Position numbers and translations under genes: made by a program | The notes under the pieces: generated by a model | Databases searched by the model: none | Told to the model about the DNA's origin: nothing | What the model saw: the letters and a program-made list of their open reading frames with translations, nothing else | Virus record (IMG/VR): IMGVR_UViG_2541047891_000003 | DNA: 40,697 nt | Strand: one strand, 5' to 3' | From: a virus | Taxonomy: Duplodnaviria > Heunggongvirae > Uroviricota > Caudoviricetes | Part shown: positions 36,634 to 40,697 of the stretch, piece after piece | Layout: each line of letters opens with the position of its first letter | Position numbering within the stretch: the first letter of the stretch is position 1

Positions 36634-39033
36634 ATGGCAGCAGTAAAAATCTCTGGTGTGCTGAAAGATGGTGCGGGAAAACCAATACAAAACTGCACTA
36701 TTCAGCTCAAAGCAAAGCGTAACAGTACCACGGTACTGGTGAACACGGTGGCCTCTGAAAATCCGGATGAAGCCGGACGTTACAGCATGGATGTCGAGTA
36801 TGGCCAGTACAGCGTCGCCCTGCTGGTTGAAGGTTTTCCGCCTTCACATGCCGGGACCATTACCGTCTATGAAGGTTCCAGACCAGGTACGCTGAATGAT
36901 TTTCTCGGTGCCATGACGGAAGATGATGTCATGCCGGAGGCATTGCGTCGTTTTGAGGCAATGGTGGAAGAAGTGGCACGCAACGCCGAAGCCGCCTCTC
37001 AGAGCGCAGCGGCGGCAAAGAAATCCGAAACTGCAGCGGCATCATCGAAGAACGCGGCGAAAACCTCAGAAACGAATGCAGCTAATAGTGCACAGGCGGC
37101 AGCGGCCTCGCAGACTGCATCGGCAAACTCCGCGACAGCAGCCAAAAAATCAGAAACCAACGCGAAAAACAGCGAGACAGCCGCAAAGACGAGCGAAACC
37201 AACGCAAAGTCCAGCCAGACGGCAGCGAAAACCAGCGAAACGAATGCCAAAGTCAGTGAAACTGCAGCGAAAAATAGCCAGGCTGCAGCAGCCGAAAGCG
37301 AGAGCGCGGCAGCCGGTTCTGCGACTTCAGCAGCCGGATCAGCAACTGCTGCGGCTAACAGTCAGAAAGCAGCGAAGACGAGCGAAACCAACGCAAAGTC
37401 CAGCCAGACGGCAGCGAAGACCAGCGAAACGAATGCTAAAGCCAGCGAAACTGCGGCGAAAAACAGCCAGGCTGCAGCAGCCGAAAGCGAGAGTGCCGCA
37501 GCTGGTTCTGCAAGTGCGGCGGCTGCTTCTGCCACTGCATCAGCCAACAGTCAAAAAGCTGCAAAAACCAGTGAAACCAACGCAAAGGCGAGCGAGACTG
37601 CTGCGGCTAACTCGGCGAAAGCATCCGCTGCAAGCCAGACGGCTGCAAAAGCAAGTGAAGACGCAGCCAGAGAGTATGCAAGCCAGGCTGCGGAGCCGTA
37701 TAAACAAGTTTTGCAGCCGCTTCCCGATGTGTGGATACCGTTTAACGATTCACTGGATATGATTACGGGCTTTTCGCCGTCATATAAAAAGATTGTTATT
37801 GGTGATGATGAAATAACGATGCCTGGCGATAAGGTTGTAAAGTTTAAACGCGCATCAACTGCCACATATATCAATAAATCAGGCGTATTTAGTGTTGCTA
37901 AAATTGATGAGCCACGATTTGAAAAAGAAGGTTTATTGATTGAAGGACAGCGCACTAACTATTTTGTTAAATCCAATACCCCCGCTGAATGGACGAGTAC
38001 CAGCAATATCGATAAAACTAATAATGGTGTTGATGAATTTGGTTTTTCATATGCCAAAATGCGAGCAAAAGATAATATGACAGGACAATCATCTGCACTT
38101 AGTCTGCATACATGCAGTGCATCCCGGGGGATTGATGTTAGTGGCGATAATAAGTATTGCACTGTTTCATGCAGGGTTAAAGCTCCTGATGGTCTTCGTT
38201 GTCGTTTGCGTTTTGAAAAATACGATGGATCGGTTTATACATTTTTAGGAGATGCTTATTTAACTTTCGGAACTCTGATAATAGAAAAAACTGGCGGAGC
38301 AGCCAATAGAATAGCAGCTACTGCAACTAAAGATCCGGTTACAGGGTGGATTTTCTATGAGGCAACTATAGAAGCTGTTGAAGGTGAAACCTTAATTGGC
38401 GCAATGATTCAGTATGCGCCGAAAAAAGGTGGTGTAACTGAAGCGGGAGATTATATTTACCTTGCAACACCACAATTTGAAAACGGCGGATGTGCTTCAT
38501 CTTTTGTTATTACGACAACTGCACCCGCAACCCGCTCTAGTGATATGGTGACGATCCCAACTGAAAATAATATCTATAATAGACCGCTTACGTGTCTGGT
38601 CGAGGTTAATAGAAATTGGGGCGATATTCCTCCTAATGTAGCACCGCGTATTTTTGATTTTTCTGGTGTGCCACCTATTGAGTCAATTACATACGCTTTT
38701 AACACAACTGAGAAATATTACGGTCAGCTTTATATGCAAACTTATAAAGCGTCGACAAGTACTTACGTTTCTAGTGTGTTTGCTGGTCGAACTGATGTTC
38801 GAAAATTCATTGGTGGTTTTAATATTTATTCTGATGGTACTAAACGAGTAGTTTCTAACGGTGAGGCTACTAAAACTATGAAAACGGAGTGGACGGGCGT
38901 AAAAACACGGACCTTTATTCGAATTGGAGGTCAAGCCACATCAGGAACTCGTCATCTATTCGGCCATTTGAGAAATCTTCGTCTCTGGCATAAAGAATTA
39001 ACTGATGCGCAAATGGGGGAGAGTATTAAATGA
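36634..39033 (+). CDS. stf: Side tail fibre protein (Stf-like N-terminus, repeat-rich Ala/Ser/Thr shaft, divergent C-terminal receptor-binding region)
   Basis: N-terminus MAAVKISGVLKDGAGKPIQNCTIQLKAKRNSTT matches lambda Stf by recall; tandem KTSETNAK-type repeats; AT-rich C-terminal ~450 aa unlike lambda Stf. Confidence 0.8.
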   Translation: MAAVKISGVLKDGAGKPIQNCTIQLKAKRNSTTVLVNTVASENPDEAGRYSMDVEYGQYSVALLVEGFPPSHAGTITVYEGSRPGTLNDFLGAMTEDDVMPEALRRFEAMVEEVARNAEAASQSAAAAKKSETAAASSKNAAKTSETNAANSAQAAAASQTASANSATAAKKSETNAKNSETAAKTSETNAKSSQTAAKTSETNAKVSETAAKNSQAAAAESESAAAGSATSAAGSATAAANSQKAAKTSETNAKSSQTAAKTSETNAKASETAAKNSQAAAAESESAAAGSASAAAASATASANSQKAAKTSETNAKASETAAANSAKASAASQTAAKASEDAAREYASQAAEPYKQVLQPLPDVWIPFNDSLDMITGFSPSYKKIVIGDDEITMPGDKVVKFKRASTATYINKSGVFSVAKIDEPRFEKEGLLIEGQRTNYFVKSNTPAEWTSTSNIDKTNNGVDEFGFSYAKMRAKDNMTGQSSALSLHTCSASRGIDVSGDNKYCTVSCRVKAPDGLRCRLRFEKYDGSVYTFLGDAYLTFGTLIIEKTGGAANRIAATATKDPVTGWIFYEATIEAVEGETLIGAMIQYAPKKGGVTEAGDYIYLATPQFENGGCASSFVITTTAPATRSSDMVTIPTENNIYNRPLTCLVEVNRNWGDIPPNVAPRIFDFSGVPPIESITYAFNTTEKYYGQLYMQTYKASTSTYVSSVFAGRTDVRKFIGGFNIYSDGTKRVVSNGEATKTMKTEWTGVKTRTFIRIGGQATSGTRHLFGHLRNLRLWHKELTDAQMGESIK
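37186..37563 (+). repeat. Tandem direct repeat, 2 x 189 bp (63-aa units), inside stf, flanked by degenerate copies
   Basis: Near-identical units starting at about 37186 and 37375; encoded peptide KTSETNAKSSQTAAKTSETNAK.SETAAKNSQAAAAESESAAAGSA... Confidence 0.75.
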
Positions 39034-39311
39034 AAGATTTAACACTCAAATTTGCAGACAGGGCCGACTTTTCGGCCTTTATGGAGAGTATTGGCTATTA
39101 TGATGACGAGTCGATGCAGGATGATATTCTTATTGACTTGATAGGTAACGTGTACAAAGAAACCGGAGAACTGACTGAAGATGGCGAACCGGTATGTGTT
39201 AAGGAAGACGGATATTTTGTAAACGTGCGCATCATTAATGATTCGCAAATATCGTCATTATTCGATGAATACGTGGTTGCTGTTGAGCATCAACTTCGTG
39301 GCTGGATGTGA
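39030..39311 (+). CDS. Hypothetical acidic protein downstream of stf (possible fibre assembly or accessory protein)
   Basis: 93-aa ORF with ATGA overlap with the stf stop; not similar to lambda Tfa by recall. Confidence 0.5.
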   Translation: MKDLTLKFADRADFSAFMESIGYYDDESMQDDILIDLIGNVYKETGELTEDGEPVCVKEDGYFVNVRIINDSQISSLFDEYVVAVEHQLRGWM

Positions 39312-39320
39312 GGAAGAAAA

Positions 39321-40361
39321 ATGGCTACATCGACAGTAATTCCGGATGACATCAAAACGCTAAAATCCGACGTTAGCAAATTAAAAAACGATCAAGGAAG
39401 CTACGCAACAAAATCATATGTAGACAGCAAAGATGAAACCGTTGGTGACTGGTCTGCTTCATGGTATCAGCAGGTATTGCCAACTAGCGGAGCTATATTT
39501 GGGAGAAAACTCCGCTCAACTCACAGGACGGCAGGTGTTGAGGATGCGTATTGCGAACTATACCTCAAAAAATGGATAGACAGTCCAGGTAACGCAATGG
39601 CGCGCCTTAACCTGAACGATAACGGGACAAACATTTGCTGGGACTTTACCAACCTTTATGGCGGTACGATGATTTTTCCCGGTGACAGCGGATACCTCAA
39701 AATGGGTAACTGCCTTATGTCATACAGCAAGCGTGGAAGTAACGCGCTTATTAAATTTGATTACACCGACACATTACAGATCAAATATGCCAATCATGGG
39801 TCAACCATGACATTAAACACACAGGGAACCGCTTATGCTGGTGTTACTGCTCAATTGTGGGGCAACTCCAGCCGTCCTGTTGTTTATGAAGTCGGTGTTG
39901 ATGGTGGCGCTTATATGTTCTATGCGCAGAAAAATACCGATAACACCTATATGTTAAGCGTTAATGGTGCATGTCATGCCACCGCATTTAACCAGCATTC
40001 CGACCGGGATCTGAAAGACAACATTCAGGTGATCGATAATGCAACCGACCGCATCCGTAAAATGAACGGCTATACATACACGCTTAAAGAAAACGGTATG
40101 CCCTATGCTGGTGTCATTGCACAGGAAGCTCTGGAAGCAATCCCAGAAGTTGTAGGTTCCGCAGTGAAATATCAGGACGCTGCAAGCGGATCGGAAGGTG
40201 AAGAAGGTGAACGTTATTACACAGTAGATTATTCTGGTATTACTGGCTTGCTTGTTCAGGTAGCCAGAGAGTCAGACGACAGAATAACAGCACTGGAAGA
40301 AGAAAACGCAGAATTAAAACAAAGATTATCTGCAATTGAGGCGGCGCTTGCGTCTAAATAA
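39321..40361 (+). CDS. Tail fibre/tailspike-like protein with a C-terminal intramolecular chaperone (peptidase S74-like) domain and terminal coiled-coil
   Basis: 346-aa ORF; C-terminal segment DRDLKDNIQVIDNATDRIRKMNGYTYTLKENG...AGVIAQE resembles the self-cleaving chaperone domain of phage fibres. Confidence 0.6.
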   Translation: MATSTVIPDDIKTLKSDVSKLKNDQGSYATKSYVDSKDETVGDWSASWYQQVLPTSGAIFGRKLRSTHRTAGVEDAYCELYLKKWIDSPGNAMARLNLNDNGTNICWDFTNLYGGTMIFPGDSGYLKMGNCLMSYSKRGSNALIKFDYTDTLQIKYANHGSTMTLNTQGTAYAGVTAQLWGNSSRPVVYEVGVDGGAYMFYAQKNTDNTYMLSVNGACHATAFNQHSDRDLKDNIQVIDNATDRIRKMNGYTYTLKENGMPYAGVIAQEALEAIPEVVGSAVKYQDAASGSEGEEGERYYTVDYSGITGLLVQVARESDDRITALEEENAELKQRLSAIEAALASK

Positions 40362-40367
40362 TATTAA

Positions 40368-40390
40368 GGGGCCGAGCGCCCCGTTTTATT
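40368..40390 (+). terminator. Terminator candidate (GGGGC-cgagc-GCCCC then GTTTTATT)
   Basis: 5-bp GC stem followed by a T-rich stretch after the fibre gene. Confidence 0.5.
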
Positions 40391-40403
40391 GGGTAGGATG
40401 AAA

Positions 40404-40697
40404 ATGGATATAACACCTTTCCTTCATGCGCTTTGTGCTGCGGCTGCGCAGCTACTGATTGGTCTTTTTACCGGGAACTGGGCTTACGGGGCGATAGCCG
40501 GTTGTACGTTCTTCATTGCGCGCGAACATACCCAGGCAGAATATCGCTGGATTGAAATGTTCGGGCATGGCAAGCGTATGAATATGCCGTGGTGGGGCGG
40601 TTTTGATCCGCGCGTGTGGGATGTGGCAAGCCTGATGGATTTTGCTGTGCCGGTGGTGGTGTGTCTGCTGGTCTGGCTGTTGGTTAATCACGGGTAA
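40404..40697 (+). CDS. Hypothetical small membrane protein
   Basis: ORF ending with TAA at the window edge; two hydrophobic helices; start ambiguous between 40398 and 40404. Confidence 0.45.
   Translation: MDITPFLHALCAAAAQLLIGLFTGNWAYGAIAGCTFFIAREHTQAEYRWIEMFGHGKRMNMPWWGGFDPRVWDVASLMDFAVPVVVCLLVWLLVNHG

Noticed and set aside
36923-37955. Several ORFs (plus strand in another frame, and minus strand) across the stf repeat region
   Set aside because: They are low-complexity Ala/Arg/Gln-rich translations of the tandem-repeat DNA in wrong frames; the Stf frame is supported by lambda-like N-terminal similarity.

Overview
The window looks like a near-complete lambdoid prophage of an Escherichia-like enterobacterium, read left to right as: a DUF2335-like gene and terminator; integrase and excisionase (minus strand); a large exonuclease; a Qin-type division-inhibition operon (ydfA-ydfB-ydfC, dicF sRNA, dicB, ydfD-like) with an extra convergent ORF pair; an immunity switch (HTH repressor, divergent Cro-like and YdaT-like genes); a replication initiator with internal iterons; a block of small nin-like genes that includes a hok/mok/sok-type toxin locus missed by the ORF track; ydfU-like, rusA and Q antiterminator genes; a pR'/tR'-like late control region; an AT-rich polytopic membrane-protein moron; four tRNAs; a phage-21-type lysis cassette (pinholin, SAR endolysin, Rz/Rz1); HNH endonuclease with small and large terminase; an HK97-type head module; a lambda-type tail module (V, G/GT frameshift, H, M, L, K, I, J); lom; a side tail fiber with tandem repeats and a divergent C-terminus; and a second fiber with a C-terminal chaperone domain. 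All protein and RNA identities are from reading the sequence and recall of known families; no database search was run. The best candidates for undescribed functions are the membrane-protein moron at 15210-15929, the convergent ORF pair at 5464-6037, and the small unannotated ORFs at 10483-12714, but none can be shown to be novel from sequence alone.
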